In this document: positions 10,420-21,504 of the stretch, piece after piece
How the letters are laid out: each line of letters starts with the position of its first letter
Position numbering within the stretch: the first letter of the stretch is position 1
Assembly: GCA_025594325.1 (NCBI GenBank)
Contig: JANHCV010000007.1
Coordinates: 1,674,001 to 1,738,000 of the forward strand
Reading direction: 5' to 3'
DNA from: Blastocladiella emersonii ATCC 22665
Taxonomy: Eukaryota > Fungi > Blastocladiomycota
Length of the DNA stretch: 64,000 nucleotides
Program-made: the position numbers and the translations under genes
Notes under the pieces: generated by a model
What the model saw: the letters and a program-made list of their open reading frames with translations, nothing else
Told to the model about the DNA's origin: nothing
Databases searched by the model: none

Positions 10420-11831
10420 GCGGGAGTGTCTGTGTTGAGGTTGAGCCGCCGGGTGCCGTCGTTTTTGTCTCTTCATAAGCTGCAAGCTTCATTCGTATAC
10501 TTACTCTCCACTCTGAGACAATCTCGATGCGATCCCGCTCGAGTTTTGGAAAATGATCCCTGATGACGCGCTTGATGACGCGCTTGATGACGCTCGTGAT
10601 GCGGAATGAATCCGCGAGGCCGAACGTCTCGTATCGGAAAAACCTTGGTGAAAAGCGAGCCGTGTCTCGCACGCGGCGCGTGACACGGTCACGCCATTTC
10701 GCGACGCGTCTCACGTCCGCGACCGCGACCATTTCTCCCACCTTTGTGCAAGCACACACTAAAACTCCGAGGTAAAGCCGAAAAAGGGCAACTAATGTCG
10801 GATTCAAAAGGAAGGAAGGGGTATTCTCATCACAGGTTCTAGAGACGGGGCGGGTTGGGTGGTCGCGGAAGTCGGAAGGAGGGGTGACCGCGACATCATG
10901 GCTGATGGATGTGTTAGTTATCAACCTCGAACGCATGGTTCGAACTGATGTCGCCAGTTCCTCGCTCGCGTGGCCCAGAATCCACTTGAACCCAACTATC
11001 CACTTGCACCGCTGCCCCCACATCTTACAACCAACTGATCCCGGCAAAGTCCCTGGGCACGCTGGCGAGTTTGACGTGACGCTTGGGGTAGACAGTCCTT
11101 CCAGCAGCAAATTGAGGCGTACATGGAGCGGGCTGCCAAATACGCAAGCACCGCATGCTCACGCGCGCGAGCGCCCACCTTGGCTTGATTACTTTTAGCC
11201 AAGGGCTAAGGACCTCTCTTTTCTCTTTTCTCTTCTTGGGGCGTGTTCGCGGATTGGTTGGGGGCTGGAAGTGGGGGTGAGCGTGTCTCCCGTAGCGTCA
11301 TATGTCCTGATCCAGAACGCGTCCAAGCGCGTCGTTTGTCGTGATCGCTGTGGCGCAACGCGTCGGACCCGCGCACGTGTTCGGCTTCGGCAGAACCCGC
11401 GGGATCCAAAGCTTGAGGCCACTTACCACAGTCAAGGTAGTCGAAATCGCGCCAGACTCATGCGAATGATCGCGGATTGGGCGATAGCGAACTTTCATGG
11501 CGCAAGCACTCGGTTTTCCGCAACTGAAAATCAAACGCGAAGCGTTGCAGTGGCTCAAGACAGTGATGATGAGATCTGCGGAGCCCATCCAGACCCCATG
11601 CTCATGTCGGCGAGCGTTCCCCACTTGATGTACCGACGTGGTCTCATGCTGTGGCGCAGCGCGTCGTCGTCGCTGTCGTGTCGTTCGTCGCGAAACCCGA
11701 CGACCAAACCGGCGTCAATGGTTTGATCCTTGATTCGACCGTTTGAGATGGACGGTATGGCCGTAATCAAGCAAGAACTTTCAAGTGTATGGTGGTGTTA
11801 GTGGCACGGATCACGAGCTCGGCTACTTCCC

Positions 11832-14043
11832 CTACTTCGACTTTCCCTTCTTCGGCTCTCCCTCCGACATCCCCTTCGACTTCTTCTTCTTGTTGTTCGA
11901 GCCCATCGAGGGAGTCGACGAGGACGAGGACGAAGCCGGGTCCAACGAGTGCTGCTGCTGCCCCAGGAGCTTCGCTGCGTCCGCTTGACCTTGCGTGTCG
12001 AGAACGAGCGCGAGCAGCGTCTTGTACCGGTTCACGCAGTTGTTGGGCTCGCGCGAGTGGAACCGGAGGAACTCGGTCAGGCCCGCCGTCGCCACCCTCC
12101 ACTTGAGGACCTTCTGCATAGGCATGGACTCCTTCTTGCTGTCCTCGGCCGTGTCGAGGAGCGAGGAGATGAGCTTGAACAGCTGCCGCGCGTCACTTAC
12201 ACCCTCGAACGTGTCGCGCGTCGGTGCGCGCGCCTTGAAGTGCCGCAGGCACACCTTGATGATCCCGGCGAGGTAGTCCGGCGATGCGAGCAGCTCGCAC
12301 TCGGCGGCAGTGTGTTCCCGCGGGTTGTGCAGCCCGGCGTTCGGCTCCTCGCGGGCGATGGCCGGACAAAGGTGGCAGTCGGTCTCGCGGCCGCCCGTGC
12401 GACGTGGCCGTGGTGGGCCTGGAACCGGAGCTGTGCGCGGCGGCGGCGGCGGAGATGCTGCCGGCGGACCGCCGCGGCTGGCGCGCAGGCGGGCGTGGTG
12501 CGGCGAAGACGGCGAGCGCGACGAGGCTGTCGCCGTAGCGTGCGTGACGTTGGATGCGCGACGACCCGAGGCGCTTGACGGTGGCGACAGCGATATGGGC
12601 GGCGGCCGCGAGGATGAAGAGGCCGAATTGGTAGACGTGGGAGCAGCAGCACGAGCATGGCGACGAGGCGACACGACTTGACGCGTAGGGAGAAGGGCAG
12701 GGGCGGCAGGGGCGGCAGCTGGAGCAGGAGCAAGGCCGGCGGGCGACGCGGATCTCGATGGCGCAGACGACGGCGGCCGCAGCAGGTCGCACACCTCCTC
12801 CAGCAGGTACGCGATGCGGAGCGCGGGCTTGTCGCTGTCCGGCAGCTGCGCGAGGGTCTGGAGCGCGAGCAGCACCGGCGTGTACTTGGCGTCCTGCTCG
12901 GCCAGTTTGCCGATGTGGCGCATGATCTGGTCCACACGGTTGAAGAGCACGACCTTGTCGATCTCGGACGTGGACACTGTCCCGGTCGTGGTCGCACGGT
13001 CGGCGGGATGGCGGGTTGTCACCAGCGCGATGCGGTCGATCCCGGCGACGTGTTCTAGCCCGCGCCCGAGCATCTCGGCGAGGTCCTTGAGGCCATCGCG
13101 GCGCTTGACCAGCGGGCACTGGTGCGCCACGTGCGACTCGACGCACGGCCGCTTCGAGTCGAGCGGGTCCATGGCGTTGCAGATGCAGCAGTCGCGCTTG
13201 GTGGGCGAGGCCGAGGCCGAGGTCGATGCGTACACGGTGGCGGGCTCAGCGGGACACGTGTGCCCCGAAGATAGCGAGGAAGGAGAAGAGACGGCCGACG
13301 CCGCCGCTCCCGATCCAGTCCCCGCAGCCGCCGCCGCGGCGGCCGACGCCGAGCCACTACTGCCCATCGGACTGGTGAGCTGCGGGCCCGACTTGGGCGT
13401 CGACGCGCCCGACACGATGGGCGAGACCTCCGAGCTCTCCGAGTCTGAGCCGATCACGGTGGGCCTTGTGCGCTTCGTGGGGCTGTAGGCGTCCGGGCTG
13501 CGGGTGAGGCTGCGGGTGAGGCTGAGGGTGAAGCTGCTGATTGGGGAGGGGGTGGGTCACGGCGGAAGCGTCAGTCTATGTACTCGGCGGCGGGCGGCGA
13601 TAAATGCAGAAGCTTGCGTACCTTAACTCGATCGCGAGCGCCTTGTTGACCGCGTCCACGACCGTCGTGGGCGCCGACTTGGTGCGCGCGTGCTTCAGGG
13701 GGTACTGCGACTCGGCGTGAAGGGCCAGCGCAGCGCCCGCCGTGCCCGCGTTGGCGGCGGCGAACGACGGCGACGACTCGTACGGCGCGATCTCGGCCGC
13801 AATCTTGCTCTCCCATTCCTTGAGGTCGTCGTAGTCGCTCCGTTCCGGAAAACGCTGCGACATCACGTCCGTGATGCGCAGGGAATACCCGAGCTGCACC
13901 ATCAGCCACCCATGGCGCGAGGCGGGCTTTTTGGTGTTGCTCTTGTACGCCCGGAACGCGTTAACCGCCGCAACTTGCACGGGTGACGGGGGCAGCGGAA
14001 GCTGCGGCAGCGGCGCGGGGGCGCCGATCTCAGCGCGATGCAT
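11832..14043 (-). CDS. Unknown protein with two CX2CX15-17HX4C putative zinc fingers; two exons
   Basis: ORF 13576-14043 joins ORF 11832-13457 in frame through an 85-nt GTACGC...CTGAC...CAG intron (13621-13537). Basic C-terminal tail. Confidence 0.7.
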
Positions 14044-14591
14044 GGTGTGCTACGTGTGCAATGGGCTCCGGTCTCGCCCCTCAGGAGTTGGACTGGGACC
14101 GTTGGCGCGCGCGCGACGACCACCATCGCGACGCGCGGGGTCGGTGGGACGCCAGGGGTCGGTGGGAAGCGCGCGCACGCGATTCTGCGGCGCCCGATTC
14201 AGGGGAAGCGACGCGATCACGTGAATGGCGCGACGCGTCGGAAATTGTCTCGCAGGCGCGGTCACGTCGCCGATAAGCTCGCGTATGACGGCCCCGCGAT
14301 GATGCCCGATAAGGTTGCTTACGATGGTCTCGCAGTCTCGAGGGAACATGGAGGGGTTTTCGCATAATGAGCTCAATCGTGTATAGTGTGCAGCGATGAC
14401 ATGGGCGAGTACACGCGGTACTCGCCGGCGAGGAGACGGTCAGAGTCGTCCGGAATGTCGCTCGTGGTGTGCCCCTCGGCACGCGTGGCGCTCGAAGCCC
14501 TTCGGTTCGCAGCCGCCGCTGGCGATCACGCCCGCGTCTTGGTCCCGCGAGTCGCAGGAGTGGTGCGAGTTTCCGCCGGTCTTGCGCGCGC

Positions 14592-15630
14592 TCAGAGCCA
14601 GGGTGTCCAGCCCTTGAACACGCACGCGAGCCGGCCCTCGTCCATGGCCTGGTCAATGAGCCGCAAAACCTACACGTTCGCGCCATCGAGTTAGTCTTCA
14701 TCCATTGGCATCGCTTCCCTCGAATCAGTCGAAACGTACCCGATTGACGACACTGGACTTGACACCCGGACCCTCGTCCGCGGACCCCTCGAGCTTGGCG
14801 TACAGGCTGCGCAGGACCCTCACCCCGCGGTCGCACGGCGTGTTGGCGGCGAGGGCCTTGTTCTCGCTCGGCGGGTCAGCGACGCCCGACAAAGTCGGCT
14901 GCGTGAGTCGGTCCATGTCGTCCTCGCCCTCGGCATCGCCCGCCTCGGTACCAACCATGGGCGGATCCTCGTCGTTGGCTCCGCCACCGGGCACCGCCGC
15001 ACTGGACCCGGCGCCCTTGAGCATCTCCCAGTCGATGCTCGGGTCGCGGACGAGCGACTCGAGCAGCCGCGCAAAACCCCGCGGTATTTGGCGAGCAGAC
15101 CCAGCACCACCTCGGCGGCCTGCGCAAACGGGCCGCGCACGCCGAGCGCCGCGCCGCCCATGGCCTCGACATAGCTGCGTGTGAGCCGGAACGGGACCAC
15201 CTCGGGCACGTACAGCGCCGCGCCGCGGTCAAAGCAGATGTTGTAGTCAATGTGCACGACGTGCCCCGTGGCCGGGTCGACCAGCACGTTGTCGAGGTGC
15301 CGGTCGCCGAGTCCCCAAAACGTACCCGACGACCGCCATGGCCGCCGACGAGTGCGCGAACCGGCGCGCGGCTGCGTAGGCGCCTGCCGCGGGCGTGGCC
15401 TCCAGTAGGTGCGCGTTGCGCAGCCAGTCGGCGTGAGACCCGGCGACGAGCCGCGCGTGCACCTCGCGGAGCTGGCCGGGGGTACACACGCGGCGGACCG
15501 ACCGCTGCGTCGGCGCCGTTTGGGCGGAGGGCCGCCCGAGGACCGGGTGCGCGGCCGCATCGAAGGCGACAACGGGTTTTGGTGGGTGCTCACCGCCCCC
15601 GATGTTGATGATGGCCACGATGCTATCTGT
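14592..15630 (-). pseudogene. SMG1: 5'-truncated, frameshifted PIKK kinase fragment (SMG1-like C-lobe plus FATC)
   Basis: [46 protein letters not shown]...[10 protein letters not shown]. After a short intron comes the FATC-like LIDQAMDEGRLACVFKGWTPWL*. Two frameshifts are present. Confidence 0.8.
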
Positions 15631-15671
15631 TATTCAACAAACCAAATTTTATGCTCTCTACGCTGCATCTC

Positions 15672-17258
15672 TCACCGTAGCAACTCGCAGGACGGGTAGC
15701 GAGTCTCGAAACGCGCTACGCCAGGATCCTCAGCGCGGATCCCGCAAAGACTGACCTGCACGCACTCGAGCGAGTCTAGCTCAAGCTCGGCCAGCCGCGC
15801 GAGAGTCAAACCTGTTATGTTGGTCAAACTGAGGTTGAGACGCCGAATCCGCCGCGAAAGCCGTGCTAGGATCGGAATGACTGTTACATCGTTGATCCGC
15901 GCGTTGATGATAGACAGGACCTCGAGAGCTGCCGGAAGATGCTGTGCCAGACCTGCGAGCCCTTCGTCAACGACATCAAGTGCTTCCAGGCGCAGAACCC
16001 GAAGCGAGGGCGGAAAGTGCTGAGCGAAAAACGTGACATCGTCCGCACTCAGTTGATCGAGGAACAGGTGCAGCTCGCGCAGCGTCGCGGGAAGAACCGG
16101 CGCGAGCTCGCTTGCTCCGCGCCAGCCAAGTTGGATGGTGTTGAGGTCGAGTCGTTCGAGATTCGGCGGCATCGCCTTGGCAAGTGCCGAAATGGCACGT
16201 GGACAAAGCTCAGCTTCGGCCAGGTCAAGCTCGATCAGCGATGGCGGTAGGGCAGAAACGAGCGCCGTGTCAATGTCCTCGCCCAGCGGCTCGCCACCGA
16301 GCGAGAGCGAACGTAAGGTGGGCGGGTAGGCCAAGGCTAATGACTCGGCAGCATCAATGGACCATTGCGCGCCAGAGAGATCGAGGAGCTCGAGCCGTGG
16401 CGGCATCGCAAACGCGAGGTTCGTAATCCCAGCAGGAGGCAAGCGGTGGTCCTCGTGCGAGCCGATCTTGAGCGTTTTGAGCATTGAGGGGAGGTGCTGC
16501 AGAAAACGCACCGCGCCCGATTTGTTTACAACGCCGTTGGACAAGTCGAGGTGCTCGATGCCCTCGGGCAACCACGGGCCGCGGACCTCGTTTGCGCGGT
16601 TGACGAGGCAGTGGCCGCTGAGATTGAGGGAGCGAACGGACTCCGGGAGCTGCATTCGCGCAACAATTGGGAAGTACAAGGCTGATCCAGCAAACGAAAT
16701 ACTCGAGACAGCCTGCTTGGGGCTCGCAAACGCTGTGCGGAGCAAGTCAGCACCGCGCTCCGTGATTCGCATGTTCTCGATTTTGACGGAGGACAGCTCG
16801 CCAGAGGCAATCATGGGTGCCAGTCGAGCCGCCTCCAAATCGCCGGGTGGTTCGCTGCAGCGCTCTTGTTCCGGGGTGAGATCGAGGAGCACCCTCAGCG
16901 GCTTCGGGACACCACCAATGTACTTGATGTTGAGAGGGAAACCCGAGTCGCGCCACCACTCAATCACGGGGAACCGGTGTCCGTGGAACGCATCGCATAG
17001 AATGGAGAAGACGAAGTTCGGAGGCTGACGGCCAGACGCCTTCCAAAGGTTCAAAATGCTGACAAGCCCAGCCTCGCTCGCGTCCTCCATGGAGAGGTTT
17101 GACGTGGCATGGTGGAGGATGGAGAGGAACACGCGAGGAGCGGTCGACCGCGGAAAGACGCGCGAGTACTGCACGAGGGAGCAGACGTCTCGGGCATCCG
17201 TGGCATAGACGGCTTTGACAAGCACGGCCTCGATGAGAAACGCGTCGGAGATGCTCAT
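15672..17258 (-). CDS. RNI-like leucine-rich repeat protein with an ankyrin-like N-terminal segment
   Basis: Repeated LxxLxL units (LERLDLNTI, LRELHL, LRRLNLSLT); DASEAGLVSILNLWK and IEWWRDSG near the N-terminus. Confidence 0.8.
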   Translation of the reverse strand: MSISDAFLIEAVLVKAVYATDARDVCSLVQYSRVFPRSTAPRVFLSILHHATSNLSMEDASEAGLVSILNLWKASGRQPPNFVFSILCDAFHGHRFPVIEWWRDSGFPLNIKYIGGVPKPLRVLLDLTPEQERCSEPPGDLEAARLAPMIASGELSSVKIENMRITERGADLLRTAFASPKQAVSSISFAGSALYFPIVARMQLPESVRSLNLSGHCLVNRANEVRGPWLPEGIEHLDLSNGVVNKSGAVRFLQHLPSMLKTLKIGSHEDHRLPPAGITNLAFAMPPRLELLDLSGAQWSIDAAESLALAYPPTLRSLSLGGEPLGEDIDTALVSALPPSLIELDLAEAELCPRAISALAKAMPPNLERLDLNTIQLGWRGASELAPVLPATLRELHLFLDQLSADDVTFFAQHFPPSLRVLRLEALDVVDEGLAGLAQHLPAALEVLSIINARINDVTVIPILARLSRRIRRLNLSLTNITGLTLARLAELELDSLECVQVSLCGIRAEDPGVARFETRYPSCELLR

Positions 17259-17662
17259 TGCGTTACGAGTAAATAATTGCAGCAAGTGTGGTCAGCCCGT
17301 TTGCATTAGCTTCAGTGTGGACATTTCGGCGAGGGAGAGCAGTTGTTCGAGGGCAGGCTGCTTCGAGAGAGAGTGGCGCACTCAAGCCCCCCGAGAGAGC
17401 ATCACATGATAGTTTGACGCGTCTCCGCTGTCTCGCGCGAGACGCTCGGGGACTGTTCGCGCTGCATGTGCCCGTTGGAGCTGTGATTTTAATCGTGGCG
17501 GGATTTGGTTTCCCAGATATCATGCCTTGCGCGCGCGGGACGCAGTCAACTGAACCAGCAACCCACGGTCTCGGACTGCTCTTCGTGCCATTCAGTATGC
17601 TCCTCACTGATTCCCGCACCACTCAATCTCCACCATACCCCTCGCCATCGGTATCGGAGGCA

Positions 17663-18596
17663 ATGTCGGCACCAACAACGCCCTTACTGGTACGTCGTCC
17701 GCATGGCGTGCGGCACACGGTGTGCTTCCCAGACCTCGCCCGCGCGTTTCTCCCCTCTCGAGGCTGCGCCACAGACGCCCACAACATGGCCACGGTGGCC
17801 CAATTCACGAGCATTGAGGAGATCACCACCCTGAACAACACAACATGTGCGCGTTCGTCACGCACAACGCGATCTTGGGCGCGATTCACGGCACGGTCAC
17901 CAACGTGCAGCCGCGCAACGACCTGTTCTTTTCGTTCGCGGGCTCAGGCGCCACGGACAACAGTAACTTCATCCAGGCGCCGGACCGACCCGTGGCCAAG
18001 GCCGCCGTCTGCAACATCCTATTGCTCCTGCTTGAGGGCGTCAAGCGGATCATGACCGTCGACTGCAGTGTGTCGCCCGTGCCCGCCGAGATCGATCGAC
18101 CCGTCGTACGTCGAAGACCTGACAGCGTCGTCTGAATCGCGTCGTGTGCATCGTGTCGGGCGCCACAGGCCAGCCCACGTCGGCCGAGATGAGCAGCACT
18201 TTCACAGCCACGATCATCCTGGTGCTCGGCGAGACCACGCCGCTGCGCTCGCCAACCCGTCGTGCTGCGCGACCGTCGATGCGACGCAGCAGAGGCGTAT
18301 CTACGATCCCGCCTTTTCGTCGGACGCCGGGGCCCCCTGCGGCGAGGTCGCGGAAAAGGATGGCTGCGCCCTGTCGTCGTTCCTGGATACCCGCAGCCCG
18401 ACGGCGGCAATGGGGCCCCGTCGTCATGCTGGACCGTCCTGCGCCTGCCCCCGAGCCGACTCCCGTGGTTGACTGGCCCAACGCCCGCTCCACGCGAGCT
18501 GAGGGTCTAGCCACTGACCGCAACACGACGACGGTCACGCCGATCAATTGTACCCTTTATGGCGTCGCCGATGGCTGCCAGACGCGCAAGGCGTGA
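17663..18596 (+). pseudogene. Degenerate metacaspase-like (C14) paralog
   Basis: Segments in successive frames align in order with 23894-25057: RGCATDAHNM, HNAILGAI..VQPRNDLFFSFAGSG, VDCS, VVCIVSG...STFT, IYDPAF. At least three frameshifts. Confidence 0.7.
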
Positions 18597-19245
18597 CGAT
18601 GATTGAGATGGTAATCGAAGGCAACGAGTCGGCAATGTACCGCGTGTTGCGTGTCGTTCATGTGGCCACGACCGCGGTGATCAATCATCTGATCTCGCGT
18701 GAGCCGCCCGCAATCCCTCGCTCCCGCGCCGCCGCACCCCGCTGCGGCGCGCCCTGCTTTGTTATCCATTCTCCCCTCTCCCCGTCTTGGGTTCGGGGCC
18801 GAAGGGAGGAATAGACATCCCTGACTACTTGTCTCCCGCCTCCTTCTGTCGGCATCAACACCGCGGGAACACGATCATCGAGTCGCGCTCCGATTGCAGC
18901 AACGAAGGCGAGATGGAGTACCGCCAGGCCATCGACGCGTACGGGCACAACACGTTTTTTACCGACGTGGACAACCAACGCACATGATAATCTAGCAGGG
19001 CGATTGCGGGGGAAGCGACTAGCGGGAAACCCTTCCACGCGCTCGAGCCGCCCGTTTCTCTCAACTTGCGCTCGCGGCGGCTCGGAAAGCAGGCACGTCG
19101 CAGAGTGGGTGCGATGATGGTGAGGTGAGGTGATGAACGCGTTGGCGGTCACGCTTTGCGAAAAAGTGTGGCGCTCGCTGCTCGTTGTCGATCGCGCTCG
19201 CCTCGCGCGATCTCTCTCTCCCGACGCACTGCCGCCACCGACGCC

Positions 19246-21144
19246 ATGAAACACATGCAAAACATGGAACCCGATGCAATGATACCCTTTGGACCTCCAG
19301 GGCACAACCTGCCCACTGAACTGTGGGAGCTCGTCATCGATTATTTGCTGGACCGTGCGACGGACAAGCCCGACGACCCGTGGCGCTGGGAGCTGTTCCG
19401 CCTTAGTAATCTGTGCCGTGCGACCTATGCCCTCACTCGGCCGCAACTCTTCAGCCACCTTTTCCTCAGGATTCGCAGCGACTTGACCGAGCCTCTCTTG
19501 CCCGCATGGGATCCGACCGCGGACGCTCTGCCGTTCCCGAACCTGCGCGTCGTCGCCGATCCAAACACAACTCTTCGCCAAAGGGTTCAAGACCTCTCCG
19601 AGGTTCCAGAAATGTACCCGCTCGTTGTCCGTCACAGCCGACTCTTCTTGGCGTCGCTCGCTAGCGAGCACGACTCGCTTCAGCGCGTCCAAACCGGCAT
19701 CACGTCGCTATGGTCTCAGTTTCTTGACCACAAAACCCGTGCGGACTTGAGCTCCGCGTGCGAAATCGCCGGCGGGCTCGTTCTCGTCCCGTATCCGCTG
19801 CACTTTGTATCCGAGCTCACCATCATCGACAAGTCCGGCTTGCAACACCAACTTGCGACCATTGTTGGCGGACGTAAATGGAGTCGACTGCCCTTTCTTC
19901 TCGACCTTGATCCGGACTCGGTCGTCAGGCTCGAGGTGCAGTCCGAGTCGCTCAGCGCCCTGTCCCTCGCCTCTGCTCTCGCTCGACGCTTCCCCATGGT
20001 AGAGACCTATCGTCTCAACAACAATCGACACGGCGCAGACGGCGATTATGGCGTTTGGAACGGCTATGTCCCGCTCGGCGTCCGCGACTTTGATTTCGAA
20101 CGCGATCGACTTAGCCGCAACATCGGAGCTCCGGTCAACTCGCTTCTGTTGACCAAGCGCCAAATCGAGCAGATGCGCGAACACGGGCTTGACCACCTCA
20201 TCGGCTTGCCCCTCCGGCAAATGTCACGACTGGAGCGCGACAGCGACGACAGCGAGGCAGAGCTGGTCGGGAGCGACAGCGATGACGACGACGAGGCCTC
20301 GCAACTCTTGCGGCAGAAACGCCGCGGCTTGGTCCCGCGGTACCGCACCTGCCGCCGGACTCGGTCGCTCATCCTGCGCGGTGAAGTCCGTTTTAGTTTG
20401 AAGTTTATCTTCACGCACCCGCACCTCGAACACTTTGCACTGATTGGTCTAGTCGAAACGCCGCATGTTGGGAAAGGAAACCCAGTCCTTGCTCGGATGC
20501 CGAGATTGCGGACTTTGGAGCTCTCACACTCCTGTATCCTCGGCCTTGATGACCCCGTTGATCACCCCGAGCAGATTATCATCGACGAGATGTCTTTCCC
20601 GAACCTCGAAACTCTGGTCGTTTACCCGGATAACTTGTTTGACTGGCTCGATCCGCCACCCGAGGACAGCTTCATCCCGAACCCCAATGAGGTGCCCGGG
20701 ACTTTTTACTTGGCTGCCATCGTGTGGCCATCGTTCCCCTCCGTTCGCGAGCTACGCATTGTGCCAGAGTACCGCGGTCGGCGCTCTCGCGCCCTCATGG
20801 AACAGTCGGAGCTTCTGGGCTTCAGCCGCCACATGCCGAAACTCGAGCGACTTGTCCTGCCCACGGTGCAGTGGCGTCGAGAGCCGCTGAAGCAGGTTGA
20901 CTTCCACTTGCCGCAACTCCAGGAACTGGACATCACCGCTTCCGTTTGCCGCGGGATCAGCGGGGTCGCGCTCCCGAAACTGCGTAAGGTTACCATTCGA
21001 GGCGATCCCGATTCGATTCCAACGGACAGGTGGCCGAACCTCGAGATCCTCAACATCGAGGCAGAGAGCGTGAGCGACGACCTGCGCGCGAGTGTCGCGG
21101 CGTTTCCGCGACTTGAATCGTTCACAGTCGCGGCCTCGCTCTAA
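19246..21144 (+). CDS. F-box/LRR-like protein
   Basis: NLPTELWELVIDYLL F-box-like motif and C-terminal LRR-like units (LRTLELSH, LERLVLP, LQELDI). Confidence 0.8.
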   Translation: MKHMQNMEPDAMIPFGPPGHNLPTELWELVIDYLLDRATDKPDDPWRWELFRLSNLCRATYALTRPQLFSHLFLRIRSDLTEPLLPAWDPTADALPFPNLRVVADPNTTLRQRVQDLSEVPEMYPLVVRHSRLFLASLASEHDSLQRVQTGITSLWSQFLDHKTRADLSSACEIAGGLVLVPYPLHFVSELTIIDKSGLQHQLATIVGGRKWSRLPFLLDLDPDSVVRLEVQSESLSALSLASALARRFPMVETYRLNNNRHGADGDYGVWNGYVPLGVRDFDFERDRLSRNIGAPVNSLLLTKRQIEQMREHGLDHLIGLPLRQMSRLERDSDDSEAELVGSDSDDDDEASQLLRQKRRGLVPRYRTCRRTRSLILRGEVRFSLKFIFTHPHLEHFALIGLVETPHVGKGNPVLARMPRLRTLELSHSCILGLDDPVDHPEQIIIDEMSFPNLETLVVYPDNLFDWLDPPPEDSFIPNPNEVPGTFYLAAIVWPSFPSVRELRIVPEYRGRRSRALMEQSELLGFSRHMPKLERLVLPTVQWRREPLKQVDFHLPQLQELDITASVCRGISGVALPKLRKVTIRGDPDSIPTDRWPNLEILNIEAESVSDDLRASVAAFPRLESFTVAASL

Positions 21145-21504
21145 GTTTGTGTTCTTTTATACGTTTAATCATGTATTTTTCTCCTTCTTAATTCCTTTGT
21201 GTGAGTCCCGTGGCGCGCAAAGAATACCCAGTAAAGGTGCGTGTTCCTCAGATGCGCTTGGGAGAAACCGTGAGCCGCTGCCCTAGTCTTGGCTCCTTGC
21301 GACCCTGCATTCTAATGCTTGCACAAATCCTCTTCTCGTCGCTCCACTCGATGCACGCGGACTTGAGCGCGGCGCCCAGCTCGAAGCGGAGACGAGAGAC
21401 GCGACGAACAAACACGTGAGCGGAGACAGCTTGCCGACGCCACAAATTCTCACCGGCGCGTCGAGTTCGGGCTCGCGCTCTCCCCGATCCGCCATGCAAA
21501 CACC

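Noticed and set aside
10561-10593. TGATGACGCGCT x2.7 tandem repeat
   Set aside because: Short minisatellite with no spacers; not CRISPR-like.
10440-11830. Lower-GC 1.4-kb stretch with short ORFs
   Set aside because: No TIR, TSD or recognisable protein found; left unassigned.
18700-19000. Short ORF GIDIPDYLSPASFC...AIDAYGHNTFF
   Set aside because: Looks like a gene relic but cannot be assigned to any family from the sequence.
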